This document shows, one piece after another, positions 10,961-24,540 of a stretch of DNA of 64,000 nt (the first letter of the stretch is position 1; the number at the start of each line of letters is the position of its first letter). Source of the stretch: Torpedo marmorata (Eukaryota); the NCBI GenBank assembly GCA_977017645.1, contig OZ360242.1, positions 37,882,001 to 37,946,000 of the forward strand. Reading direction: 5' to 3'. The translations under genes were made by a program, and so were the position numbers. The notes below the pieces were generated by a model. The model was not told the origin of the DNA. It searched no databases and saw nothing but the letters and a program-made list of their open reading frames with translations.

Positions 10961-12689
10961 TCAAACTGTCAGAGTAAATGCTCCATTTCCCTTCTTCCTG
11001 GATTTGTAGCCATTTTGGATAAGATATAAATTACGACTGACCTCTAAATTTGTTTCCATTGATCTCTGGGTGTCCAATAAGTTCTTGCAAAAATCCGGTA
11101 AATGGTGTTATCTTTCCTGCATGTACTGGGAGTTGCTCCATTGGAATTTGCATGGCAGCTGGGTGGGGGGTGATGAGAGGACACCATCCAATCCCAGTGG
11201 CTACTGTGGCTGCTCATTGCTGCTAAAAATGCCCTCCAGATAAAATTGGAATTTTTTAAAGATGTCTGTGTCACAAACATGCCTGTGTAAATCCTGGAAA
11301 TCTACCACTTCTCTCCACATCCCCACCCCTGAGCTTCTCATAAGTGATTTAAAGTTCATTGCTGCAATAATAGTGTTTAAACATATAATTTAGAAATCTG
11401 GCTGTTTCCTTGCCTCATGTAAGCTTCTGCTCATGTTCCAAGGAATGAACACTATTTGTAACTGAACAATAGTGCAACACCAATAACAATAACAAATTGC
11501 AGATGACATGTCAAATATGGCTTGCTTTTACTGGCACATCTCTTCCCAATCCCGATACATGATGTTCTTTGTCCAATGAAATTGTCTGAAAATACCATTA
11601 TTATAATATGATACGCTTGTATTGATATATTCTTCTCAAGGTTAAAATGTCATACAAATCTTCATTATCACAGTTAGACATGAGGGAAGCTTATGTTACA
11701 GGCTGTTGCAGTTATTCGTGTGTGTGTGTGTGTGTGACCATGTACGTATCTTTTTCTGTGCATGTGTGTCCATGTATATATGAGCGTGCTTTTTTTTTGG
11801 AATATTTTATATAATTTTTTTAATAATACAAGTTTACCCCATCTCTTCTCCCCCTCCCCCCCAACCCCCACCCCCCCCCCACACACAATATATGCATTTA
11901 TATCACAAATATCTATAACTATATATTTTTTTTTAAAAGAAAATTGAAAGAAAAGAGAAAAAAGAAATTTCTGGATTGCATAGAGGGGCACCACTCGTGA
12001 CACATCTCAACATATCATATAAATATATTTAGAGGATGATCTCGCAGTTCTGGAGGTGTTTAGAACCTCTTTACAAATTTAATCTCATTATTTGGGTATA
12101 CGGGCGCCATATATGAGCATGCTTGATTTTGAAAGTTTATTTTTGACTTGCTCTTTAAAATTGTCAAAGCACATGAAAAGGTGAAACAGTTAATATCATT
12201 TGGTGCCCAATTGCATTCTATACATTCTGTTGACAAACCCAGTTGCAATACCTCTTTTTAAATACCCCTTTAATAATTCACTGACAGAAGACTTGCAGCA
12301 AAGAAATTAAAATCGATGTATTTGAGGAAATTAGTGAGTGCAGAATTTGTCTACTTTTACATCCACTATGTTTCTCCACATTTGCAGCTGGAATTGTTTT
12401 GCAGACATAAAATTTACTTGACAATGTTTTAAGTTCAGGCAATTCTAAACAGGAAAATGGGGCAGTGGGGCCTTGCTAACAATGAATAGTAAAAATGGAT
12501 CAGTAGACAGAAAACAAACATTAGATCAAACATTTTCAAAATTATTCACATTTAAAACTAGTGGGCATTGAATTCAGAATTAATTCTTTGTCCGATTTTT
12601 CCCTTGGTTGTTTCCATTTACATATTAAAGAAGTAAAATAATTATTAAGTTTAGATGATAGTAAAATATAAATTAAAGTAACACTGCAG

Positions 12690-12990
12690 AAAATGTAGTG
12701 CTCTTACAGCTGCAATGATACGGTTCTGAGCTTTCTGCTGGTGTTTGCACATTTTCCTTGTAACTGTAGGTTTTCCTGGAGTGCTCTTTTTTTCTTTCTG
12801 CATACCAAAGTCATGCTGGCTATTAGGTGAACTGACCACTCTAAATTGCCCCGGTTGTAGGTGGGAAGTAACAGAATGAAGGTGATATTAATACATGTGT
12901 GAGAGCATTGATGATAGTAAAAATAAATGGGGGATGGGATTGGTTTAAGAACCAACGTAGACTCGATGGGCTGAATGACCACCTGTCCTC
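12690..12990 (-). mobile_element. V-SINE/HE1-like SINE, degraded
   Basis: Degraded V-domain (GGTTTTCCTGGAGTGCTC) and CR1-type tail GACTCGATGGGCTGAATGACC are read on the plus strand, so the strand call is uncertain; overall similarity to 56040-56284. Confidence 0.5.
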
Positions 12991-13099
12991 CTAATGAAAG
13001 ACAGTAAATGCATTCAAAAACAGTGGGAACTCAGAGAGCAATGGGGATGAAAGAACTTAAAGCAATCAATGCAGCTAAATCAAAGGTTATGGATACACT

Positions 13100-14170
13100 A
13101 ATGGCTCTCATTGTATCCTCATGACTTAGAAGTGGCTGGAGAGATAGTAAATGCATATTTGTGATCCTTCAACATTGCATGCATTAAAAAGTACCTGGTG
13201 GACTGAAAATTCACCATAAGTTTCCTATTTAAGAAGGAGCAAGAGAGAAAGCAGAAAACTATTTGCCTCTCATTTGCCATCAGGAAAATGCTGGAATTCA
13301 TTATTAAGGAACTAGTAACAAAACTCTTCAAAATCATAATATGGTTAGGCAAAGTAAGCAAGCTGTCATGAAATAGAATTTGAGTTTAACAGACTTGTAA
13401 TAGTTATTTGAGGATGAAATAAGCAGGAGAAAAGGGAAAACAGTGGATGAGGTGGACTTCCTGAAAGCATACAATGACGTACCACGTAACAGATCACTTC
13501 TGACGTAAGGGCTCACGGTATTGAGAATAATGTGCTAACATGGTTTGAGAATTGGTGAAAATTTAGCAGTGGGGCCTTGGTAACAATGAATAGTAAAAAT
13601 TGATCAGTAAACATCAAAAAGAGAAAGGAGGAATAAATAAGTCCTTTGCAGTTTGGAAGTTGTAACTAATGAGTTGCCACAGGGATCAGTGCTGGGGTCT
13701 CGGCTATTCATAATTAATATTGATGGCTCAGGTGAAAGGACTGATTGTATGATATCTGAATGCCGATGTCCCAAAAACGGTATCTAATAAGTTATGAAGA
13801 AGACTCAAAATGTCTGCAAAAGGATAGAAACAGATTTGGAGAATGGTCAAAAGGATGGCAAATGGAATATAATGTGGGGCAATATGAGGTTATTAATTTT
13901 GGTCGGAAGGATGGATGAGCAAAATATGATGTCAACAATGTTAAATCAATAAATTCAGAGACATCTGAGTGTCCTGGTAAATGAAATGCATGAAATTAGC
14001 ACACAGGTACAGGAGGTAATCAGGAAAGCAAGTGAAACGTTGGCCTTTATGGTGATGTGATGAAAGTCCACTAGATTGATTCCTGGAATGAGAAGGTTTT
14101 CGAATTGGACCTGCACTTTCTAGCATTTAGAAGAATGAGAAGTGGTCTACTCCTGCCCCTGTTCTTATGT
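13100..14170 (+). mobile_element. Old CR1 LINE RT fragment
   Basis: Degenerate CR1 motifs: DF.KA...VP, PQGSVLG (CCACAGGGATCAGTGCTGGGG), WQMEYN. Confidence 0.75.
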
Positions 14171-17134
14171 GTTCTATTCAGAATTTTTTTTTCCCCTTGG
14201 GAAATGTTTTGGTGAAGAGTTCAATGAGGTTACAAATGGAACCTTGTGTTGTGAAAACTAGTCTGACATCATTCAAATTAATAGTTTTGAAAGACAAACT
14301 GTGTTAGCCACAGATAAGTTTGATTATCTTTTTTGGGGCAGACATCCCGTTACAGTTAAGGGCTAGGACGGATACAAAAGAAGACAGATGGTTTTCCACA
14401 AAATCACCCTGCAGCTCTTTCATCTCTCATCTTACTATTAATTCATCTGTTCAGATGGATACATTTGTGCATGTAACCAAGATGAATATTAATGAGATTT
14501 TTAATAACCCTGTACATTTGCATTCTTAGTAATTCTTACATGGTTCTAGCTGATTAAAATGAATAATTTACATAATTAACATATGGTTATTCTGTTGCCT
14601 TTAATATGCTGATTATCTCAACACTTTGGTCTAAAGTCAATTGGATTCAGAAAACTTATTGATTGTTTGAATTTAGAATGGTTTATTCCAATGAGGTTGG
14701 CAAATATTTGCTGTTGTGTTTTATAAGAGAAATAGCCAGTTAAAACTTTTTTGCAAAATACGACTTCATTTATTCCCATCAATGGAATGATCCATGTCAC
14801 AGTGGTCATACATGACAGAAGAGCCCTAATGTTTAACTGATGTTTGATATTTAGACATTGTTACTGGTAATCAATCTGTTTTAGACTCAATTACTGAGGG
14901 AAAATGGTTTTCTTTTTGCCCAAATAGCTTGAGGTCAACCAGAAAAGGAGGTAAATGGTTGCCATTGGTTTCTTGCATTGAAATCAATGAATTTCAATCT
15001 CTAATGATTATGCTAGTATTTTTGAATCACCAGCATTGAGGAATTAGCACAACATTGTGTGTACCAGATTGTGAAAATTATGACACATTTCGCCTTTTGT
15101 TGTTATGATACCACTGACATTTGGAAGCTTTGTATAGTCTGGCAGTAAGTGGAATATACGGGAAACAAATTGCATGTTTATATGCTTCCTCTTTATTTAC
15201 GGGAGAACTCTGACAACTTGCTCCCTCAGGGGTCAGTTGAGGAAAAGAAACCCATTGACTAGAGTAATTTTATAGTATTAATCCTTTATTCTTACCTTTT
15301 AATGAATGCTGGATCTTGGACAGGATATGGCTCCAAACATAACACTTGAGCAAACCTTAATCTTTAATAAGCTGCGGTGCAAGTCTATAACTGTCAGAGG
15401 ATGACGGAAGAGTGGTGCGTTCTGCCTGCCTGATCGGAATATGAAAACACAGTTCTTTAGATGAGAAGAAATGTCACTTTCCCTTGCTACTTGCTGTGCT
15501 TATGATTTATAAAAGCAAACTCTATTCGGGACCACTTGAAATTTGAAACTAGAAAGGCTTTGCTTTGGAGGTTGAATTAACAGATCATAAAGTATCTGTT
15601 TGCTTTTCTATCTTTAATCTCAATGTATATATTTTCCTGGTTATGGAGTAGTTTACTACATCAGGAAAAAAGCGCACAAATGTTTGAAAGAAAGAAACAA
15701 TTCAATGCAATTGGTTCCAAGAAAAAATAATGATATTAAAGTTATCCTGAAGAAAATGGACAAAGCTTTCTGTACTTTGAATTATTTATTTCAAGTGGAA
15801 TAATATTCATTTACAATATAAATTCAGTCTCGTACAGTATTAAAATAAATGAGACACTTTCAAGAATACCTGTGAATGAGTCATTGTTTTGTAAGCGAAG
15901 GTCTTGCATTTTGCTTCTCCTACACACAATAACGAGGACATGTTCTTTAAGCTATGCTATAACAGTTGATGGAAGAAGAGGAGAAGAAACAAGGCAGACA
16001 GCAACAGACAGAAGCCCTTTCTGCATCTGCTGCTGAAATTCTTATAGATACTAAGTTTTATGGGAGAACTCCAATGTATTGATTCAGGACTCCATTAAAC
16101 AGATAATGTGTCCTGGATGGTCATTCAATGATATATTGCCTTTCCGTGAGGTGGTTGAGTCACAATTGTAAATCTGCTTTACACATGGCATTGTGGAAGT
16201 TCCTTCCTCACAAGTACAAAGGTAGGTCAGAAAGGTTTCGACTCGCCATGCTCATTGCCAATTATATTCTGATATTTCATTGATGCCCACATCAATTGCA
16301 TCCCTCAGTATTGGCATGAAGTTGGGCATCATTTCCATTCTCAACAGGATGAACTCCAGGTTCTGCACAACCCTGTGTACAAGGTTAGGCATCATCATGG
16401 TCAAAGACATTTCATGTGAGCTTCAAGAAAACCAAATAATACATAGGTAACTTGGTGTACATAGTCATCCATCATCGTCTATGGATTGCCCCATCGTAAT
16501 ACTCACCAGAGCAGAAATAATTTATGATCTTGGCATCTGGGAGCCTGTGCTCCCTTTTCCACTTGGCCTGGCCACAGAGTCAACAAATGCAATTCCCTGT
16601 TCTCAGCAACTCTTGTGAAACCCTCTGTAGTCCACTGAATGCCAGTATCTTACTTTTACACAATACCATTATCTTCTCTGCCTTGCGGTCCCTCAGCTTT
16701 GCTTCGTGGCATGGGATTCTAAAAGGAGAACGGCACAAGGATATAGTCAAATGAAGGTCAGGGCAAGTAAAATAATCATTCTTATGTTAGATAAGTCAGT
16801 CTTATGATAGATTTTGTATTCAAGGAGAAATTGAGGGACACCGAGGGGATTGGGATGTGAGAAGGATGATTAGACATAATCATACAACTATCTTCTACGA
16901 CCTCCATTTCAACTCGTCTTTCCCAGACTCTTGGGCAGCAGAGAATCAAAGAAAGTTACAGAGTAGAAGGAGACCATTCAGCCCAAAAATGGACTTTAGA
17001 TTGATTCCACTTTCAAGACCACCATCATCATCACCGTTGTTGATGTTTGTTGTCCAGCATTTTCCCACATAAAAGATGGACAGGCAGAGTGTCACTGAGT
17101 GTATGGCATTGTGTCTTTGTATTGTGGTGAACAC

Positions 17135-17962
17135 ATAGAAGACTGCAGGTGCTGTGATTGTAGTAAAAACACAGAGTAAATGCTGGGGGACTCAGACGGT
17201 CTCGCATCCATAGGAGGTAAAACCCTAAGCCTTTCTTCAAGGTATAAGAAAAATAACCAAAATACCTAGGCTAGCATCTCAATAAAGGCTGAGAGAAAAA
17301 GGTAGAAGAATGAGAGGGGGAGGAGTCCAGACCAACAAACAAAAGGTGTTAATTGGATATGATAAGAGGAAAGGTGAGAATTGATTTTGGCTCTGTGAAA
17401 GGAGACAGAGAGAAAATGGAAGAGCGATAGAGAGTGAGAGAGGGAGGGAGAGAAAGAGAGAGAGAAAACTATGGGAAAGGAGACAGGGGGATGAAAATGG
17501 GGGGGGGGCATTTTAATTGACTCAAATTCTTCAGTGCGAACACAAAATTATTCAACAATGATTTCATCTTTATGAATTTAATGGAAACCAGAGAAGTCGA
17601 TGTTAAAGCCATCCGGTTGGAGGGTGCCCAGATGGAAGATAAGGTATTGTTCCTGAAATTTGCAGGTGATCTTAGTCTGGCAGTGCATGAGACCATGGAC
17701 AGACATGTCAGCAAGGGAATGGGACAGGGAATTGAAATGGGTGGCCATTGGGAGATCCACGTTATTGCAGCAGACAGAGCCAAGGTGCTCAATAAAGTGA
17801 TCTCCCAGTCTGCGCCCAGTCTCTCCGATATAGAGGAGACCACAACAGGACCACCGGATGGAGTAGATGACCCCTTCAGATTCACAAGTGAAGTGTTGTT
17901 TCACTTGGAAGGACTCTTTGGGGCCCTGAAAAGTGGTGAGGGAGGAGGTATGGGCGCAGGTG
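17135..17962 (-). mobile_element. 5'-truncated Penelope-like element
   Basis: ORF 17578-17904 GVIYSIRWSCCGLLYIGETGRRLGDHFIEH...FHLGTLQPDGFNI (GIY-YIG); terminal repeat with a partly deleted hammerhead at ~17220-17246. Confidence 0.9.
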
Positions 17963-19413
17963 TGTATTGTGCCCGCCTTACTTACCAGCTACTGTATAAT
18001 CTGAAGAATGTGGGTATAAGTGGAGAAGTTGATTGATGGTCTGTTATTAGGTGATTAATGTAGCATTGTTTAATGTTGGTGGCACCATTGTTGGTGGGTT
18101 GGACTTGTGGATGTTTTCACCAGTCTAAACTACATGTGAAGTCATCCAGCCTTTTCCAGCCAAACATTTAAGTCTATGTGAGAAAGGCAACTGGTGTTTA
18201 TCTCTTCGGAAACCTAACCCTACTGCTAGTTTATTTCCAGGCTAAAGGTGTTTTTGTCCTCTTGCCCGACCAGCCCCTTGATTTTCAACTGTGACAAATA
18301 TTTACACAGTTGTGTAGTAGTATTAGGGACCTGCCCCGTTCTTGGCTGTCCATGACTGCTCCAGAGACTCACAGACCTTTGGAATGGCTTCTGGCTGCAA
18401 TGATAGAATTGAGCACTTTCCCTTTAAGAAGTGCAGGTGTGACTTCAATCAGCCTCAGTTAGATCTAACTCGTGCTGAAGCTTCCTGAAATCACTTTGCA
18501 CTAATATACAGTATGTTAATACACAAGAGCTCAATTGATGCTGATTAAACACAAAAGTTATTTCAGGCGGCATACGCACAAATTTCAGGTGGAAGCAGCA
18601 ATGGCAGGAATCCCTTGCCTCATTACTAATGTAATGCTCATTTTTCCAGTGAAATCAAATGTATGTATTTTTCTGATATTGAAACAAAGGAAACATATAG
18701 TGAGCATATTCGATTTGATATGATGCTAAGTTTTTGGAAAAGGAAAGATATTCCATACAAGCTGTTTATCTTGTATTTCTTTGTATATTTGGAGATTGGT
18801 GTTTCAGGGGTCAGAATTTTGACTTGGTGTTGTCCAGGTGAAGATTCATGAGAGAAAATATTATCACCATAAGTAATGTTGTGGTATCTGAAAATCAGTA
18901 CTGTGGTCATCAGGATACATTCATTATTAGTAAACTATATTTGCTTAAATGAAAGTTGTTTAATGCTGAATAATGGCAATTCGATAGTAAGGCAAAGTTG
19001 TGTTTGTTGATTGAAATAATTATCCAGCGAATTTTGCAGGTGTGCTCTGCAATCTTGATGAGTTGTTATTGGTCACACAATGTATGATTTCTGCTACAGT
19101 TCTATGTTATTTCTCTCTTTTATAATTAAATTTAAATGGCTTTAGCTTTATTTGTTAATTGACTCAAATTCTTCAGTGCGAACACAAAATTATTCAACAA
19201 TGATTTCATCTTTATGAATTTAATGGAAACATTCTGGATCCGAAGACCATGACAGTAACTGCAAAAATAAATTCTGTTAATTTGAAGTTTTTGTGCTCTA
19301 TTTGAGAATATATCTCCAACTTGACTCCTGATATGTGGCAAAATGAAAATGTTTTCATAAATTCACACTGCAAGATAGTGGTTGTAGCATATATAGGCGA
19401 TAAATCAAATGAA

Positions 19414-20620
19414 TATCTTGAAGAAGGGCTCAGGCCCGAATCGTCAGTTATATGTTCGAATGCTGTTTTTTGACTTCAGCTCGGCATTCAACACGATCAT
19501 ACCTCAGTACCTGATAGGGAAGTTGAGGGGGCTGGGCCTAAACTACACCCTCTGTAATTGGATCCTAGACTTCCTGACGGGAAGACCTCAGGCAGTCTGG
19601 ATTGGAAACAGCACTTCTAAGGTCATTACATTGAGCACGGGGGCTCCCCAGGGCTGTGTGCTTAGTCCATTGCTGTTCACCCTGCTGACTCATGACTGCA
19701 GCAAAACACAGCTCGAATCACATCATAAAGTTCGCCGATGATACAACCGTGGTGGGCCTTATCAGTAAGAATGATGAGTCAGCATACAGAGATGAGGTGC
19801 AGTCGCTAATGGAATGGTGCGGAAACAACAACCTGCAACTGAACGTAAACAAAACAAAAGAGTTGGTTGTCGACTTCAGAAGGGCCCGGGGGGATCATTC
19901 TCCATTGACCATGGACGGCTCTACCGTTGAGGTCGTAAAGAGTACCAAGTTTCTTGGAGTGCACTTGGCGGAGAGTCTCAGCTGGTCCCTAAACACCAGT
20001 TCCATAGTCAAGAAAGCCCAGCAGCGTCTTTACTTCCTGCGAAGACTGAGGAAAGTTCATTTCCCACCCCCTATCCTTACTACATTCTACAGGGGATGTA
20101 TTGAGAGTATTCTGAGCAATTGCATCAACGCTTGGTTTGGTAACTGTACCACCTCGGACCGAAAGACACTGCAGAGGATAGTGAGGGCAGCGGAGAAAAT
20201 TATTGGAGTCTCTCTCCCCACCATGACAGACATCTACAACACACGATGCATGAGGAAGGCTAAAAACATTGTGAAGGACTTCTCACACCCCTTTGGTAAA
20301 CTGTTTTCCCCTTTGCCATCTGGAAGGAGGTACCGAAGCACTCGGGCTCGTACGTCCAGACTATGCAACAGTTTTTTTCCCCCAAGCCATCAGGCTCCTC
20401 AATTCCTAGATATATATGTGTACTAGCATGCTATAGTTTTTTCTATTGTATTATGATATTTATGTACATCTGCCCATGGTCCTGGAGAAACGCTATCTCG
20501 TCTTACTGTGTATATGGTAATGAACGACAAATAAAGGTGACTTGACTTGATATACCTTTACCTCCTATGGATGCTGCGAGACGTGCTGAGTTCCTCCAGT
20601 ATATCTATGTTTTCACTCAA
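19414..20620 (+). mobile_element. Solo PLE terminal repeat (mutated hammerhead) split by a Rex1 insertion
   Basis: TTGAAGA-A-GGGC-TCAG-GCCC-GAAT-CGTC at 19418-19445. The repeat resumes at 20551 (TATACCTTTACCTCCTATGGATGC...GCTGAGTTCCTCCAG), matching the repeat at 17160-17220. Confidence 0.8.
19451..20550 (+). mobile_element. 5'-truncated Rex1/Babar LINE, RT domain with one frameshift
   Basis: [52 protein letters not shown]; AATAAA and (GACTT)n tail. Confidence 0.92.
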
Positions 20621-23600
20621 ACCAAATGGAATAACAATTTGACGCTTGTCGTCTTGTCCAACCCATGGAAGTTAATGGTATTCACTTTTGCATCTCTGAA
20701 GTTAAATGAATATTCCAAAAAAAATTGTTCTTTATTGGCATTTCATAAAGCAGTTCTGGCCTTTGTGCATTTGATGGTGGTTCTTCTCAGCTTTGGGATT
20801 ACAAAGTCTAATTATATATGCTGGCAGTCTTCAAAGATGTTCTTGGTTAAGTCAGTTTTCCTCACTAAATTTCAAAGGATCTGAATCAGTTGGCTTGTCT
20901 GCAGAATTTCACATAGATGTGATCATTTTTCCAATGTATTCCACATGTGCGAGCACTCATGTGAGCTTGTTGGTATGTATTATTTAAATACATTTGTCAA
21001 TGGTCATGCTGATCTCAACTCCTTGAGAATCATCTAGTGATGCTCCAAGGAGTGTCACCAACAGTGCTTTATGATTCATAAAGTTACACTTCTTATTCAT
21101 TCGTTTTGATTAGAAATGTTTCACTTTTATACCCTGTTACTGATTCCAATATTTTGCAAAGGAGCACTGTAGAATATACATATTTCATTCTTTAATGTTA
21201 TAACAATAGGTAAGTTACATTTTTTTAAATTCTTGAGTTCCAAGTCAGATGAATAAAATCTGGTTGTACAATTGTTCAGTTTGATTATAGTGATATGAAA
21301 CTGTAAAAATCTGAAAGATACAGTGAGATCACTACCTATGAAATTGATTTATTATCTATAGACTATCCCAAAGTCTATGTTTGGAATATATATTGCAATG
21401 CAATTTCATGTAACGAAATTACTATATCAGATCTTCATTATACCACCAAAATGATTCTCAGAAAATTATTAACAATGACACAAACTCTAATCATAGGTGT
21501 TGTCCTCAGTTTCTGGTGTGGGCATTATATTTGTCTATATCTGTGTATTATTGTTGAGAGATCTTTGCAGCTGCCAGCACTGGAATATTACACTTTTATG
21601 AGCATTTGGTTAGTTTATTCTTCAGTTACAGAATCTTGTACATGTTTATACTTCAGCCATTGACAGGCTGTCTCAACATAACTGGATTACCTTACATTGG
21701 TGAGGTGCTTGATTGGGTAAGTGCCAGGCTTAAATGAATTATAAGCCTCTGAAGTCTTAACTGATGCCTGTATCTTGCACTGACTGGAACCAATGTTGTT
21801 TCAACTTTTGACCAGTATAATTCAGAGTTATTACTTAAAAATGGTTAATTGTTTCTTTTATATTTTCGTGGGATATTATCCCAATCATAAACAGGAACAT
21901 GAAAATTATTTCCTCTAATATTGCATCACCCATTCATTCTACTCTTTGTGATATTACTGCCATTAATCTTCATTATGCCCCACCTTTTTAGTTGCACAGT
22001 CATTTCACATAGAAACAATTCTGATTCTTTTGAATGCAAAATTGTCCTGTTTGTTGTAATTATCGAAAAAAATATATATTATACATGTATAGGTACTTTT
22101 AATGGTTTTGGATTTGTTTGTGTGAAGGTCTGAAAACCAATTTGAGACTGCCCATACTTCAAAGTCACTCCTAATGTTATGTCCTATTGACATCATACAG
22201 TTCCTATAAACTGTGTCTAACCTTCTGAATTTATAGTGTTCCATAAATATCTGAGTAAGAAGTGTTCTAATTTTTTTATGTCACAAAGATCTTCTCGCTG
22301 GATTGGGTGTAGTACAGTGACTAAACTTCTTCCACGCCACAATACTGTGAATGCAAAATGATGACAAAAATAACACCAGCAAAAGAAAGTTTAGATTGTT
22401 ACACAGTTGCTTGGTACTATTTGTTATCCAAGTGATAAAACTGCAAGTCACTAAAAATAAAACACATTTGAACTTGCCATCTGTCAGTCAAATAATAATG
22501 GCATATACACAGTTCTAATAACTCAATCTCTGACAACCTAAGTAGATTTTGGTTCTGTTATAGGTATGTTAATGGAATTTTTTCTCAATATATAATGTTC
22601 AAGAACAGTTGATTCATCAATATAATTTATAAATATTCTTCTTAAATTATAACTTCTCTTCTATCAAGCTGTCTGAAATGCTACCAGCAGGATTCTTTGT
22701 GGCTGTCTTTGAAATATTTAATTTATTCCACATTTTAACATTTGTGTTTCTTCTTATGTTTCCTAAGCAGCAATTAATTATTTATCAGCTAATAGATTTA
22801 GCATGCTTGCTGGCCTAGCCTTTTTGCTATTAATGCTCCAGGGATTAAATGGGTTGAAGTACAGTAGTTTGCATTGCTTGAAAATATTTTCCCCAAGCAT
22901 GTTTTCCTGGATTCTCATTCTCTGGCTCATACTCCAGAGGAGAGACTGCCTACCAACAGATGCAGAAACGCAAATGTGTCCTCATCTCACTATTCATTAG
23001 ATTCTTCTCTTCAATTTATAGTTTAAAAACCACCAAAGGTTTCACTCTCTAAAATAAGTATCATTCATTTCCAAAAATGATCATTCAACAGCTTCTCCTG
23101 CTCTGTTCTTGCATTAATATGTCTATGGGAGATCAGTCGGTGAAAGTCTCAAGGGTTAGAAAGATGGGTCTTCTTTCATCTCTTCTCACATTGCTTCCAA
23201 CATTTTATGTAAATTACTTCCCAAAATTGCTCTTCCTCTTTCACTGAAATTCAGCCCATGGGGCCTCCAGTCTATTCTCCATTCTTCTTAGTCATCCTAC
23301 AATCCTTCTTTGGATTATCTGATGACAGGATTCATAAATCTTGTCACCACTGATCAAATCCTACTCCCTTTGCAACTCAGAGTGATGTTTGACAGATTTT
23401 CAGCGTTCCAGAAAATCTTGGACCTCTACCAATCCACCTGTTATTTCTGCCAGTGCTACACTGTTAATCTCATTTATCAGATTTATAGCTACCGGTAGTC
23501 TTGAATTATCTTGCTGGATGGGAAGCTGTTAATATACTGTAATATATTGTTTGTTATAAAGGATCTCTGAATAGGAACACCAGGATTTCTGAAGACAATA

Positions 23601-23911
23601 TTCAAAGATGTTTAGAAATGATCAGAAAATATTTGGATCACACTTTATATCTGCCACTTCATCATCTTCGCAAAGTCCTCTGATGTCTTCAATGAGAAAT
23701 ATCTAAATTTCAGTAAACCACTCACCTTTCACCTATCAAGGTATAAAAATAGCAATTGGTGTATTTTTTCAAAGTTGCTGTGACTTCCAATGTATTGTTA
23801 AGTTTTAGAACTTAAAGATCCATTCACAAATACAGTCATTTGATAAAGGTTGTCATCACACTCAAGAATTTGGATGATTATTTCAGTTGTATCAATAGTG
23901 AAAAGAAGTTA

Positions 23912-24540
23912 TTCAGATTTCAGATTCAGATTTAGATTTCAGATTTATTGTCAGAGTACATATATGACATCACATACAACCCTGAGATTCTTTTTCCTGC
24001 GGGCAAGGCAGAATTACCACTAATTGGTAGTGCAAAAAAAAAACTGCACACAACGTACACATGTAAACAAATAAAGAAATGTAAACAAACTGTGCAATAC
24101 AGAGAGGAAAAACAATCAATAGAGTGCAAAAGTAAGAGTCCTTAAATGAGTCCCTGATTGAGTTTGCTGTTGAGGAGTCTGATGGTGGAGGGGTAGCAGC
24201 TGTTCCTGAACCCGGTGATGCGAGTCTTGTGGCACCTATACCTCTTTCCTGATGGTAGCAGCAAGAACAGAGCATGTGCTGGGTGGTGTGGATCCTTGAT
24301 GATTGCTGCAGCTCTCCAACGTCAGCGTTCCCTGTGGATGTTCTCAATGGTGGGGAGGGTCTTGCCTGTGATGTCCTGGGCTGTGTCCACTACCTTTTGC
24401 AGGGCTTTATGATCAGGGGTATTGGTGTCTCCATACCACACCATGATGCAGCCGATCAGCACACTTTCCATCACACATCTATAGAAATTTGCCAGGGTTT
24501 CCGATATCATACCAAATCTCCGCAAACTCCTGATGAAGTA
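23912..24540 (-). mobile_element. Rex1-type LINE 3' fragment
   Basis: LANFYRCVMESVLIGCIMVWYG; tandem (CTGAAAT)-like tail; same family as 41681-42558. Confidence 0.88.
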
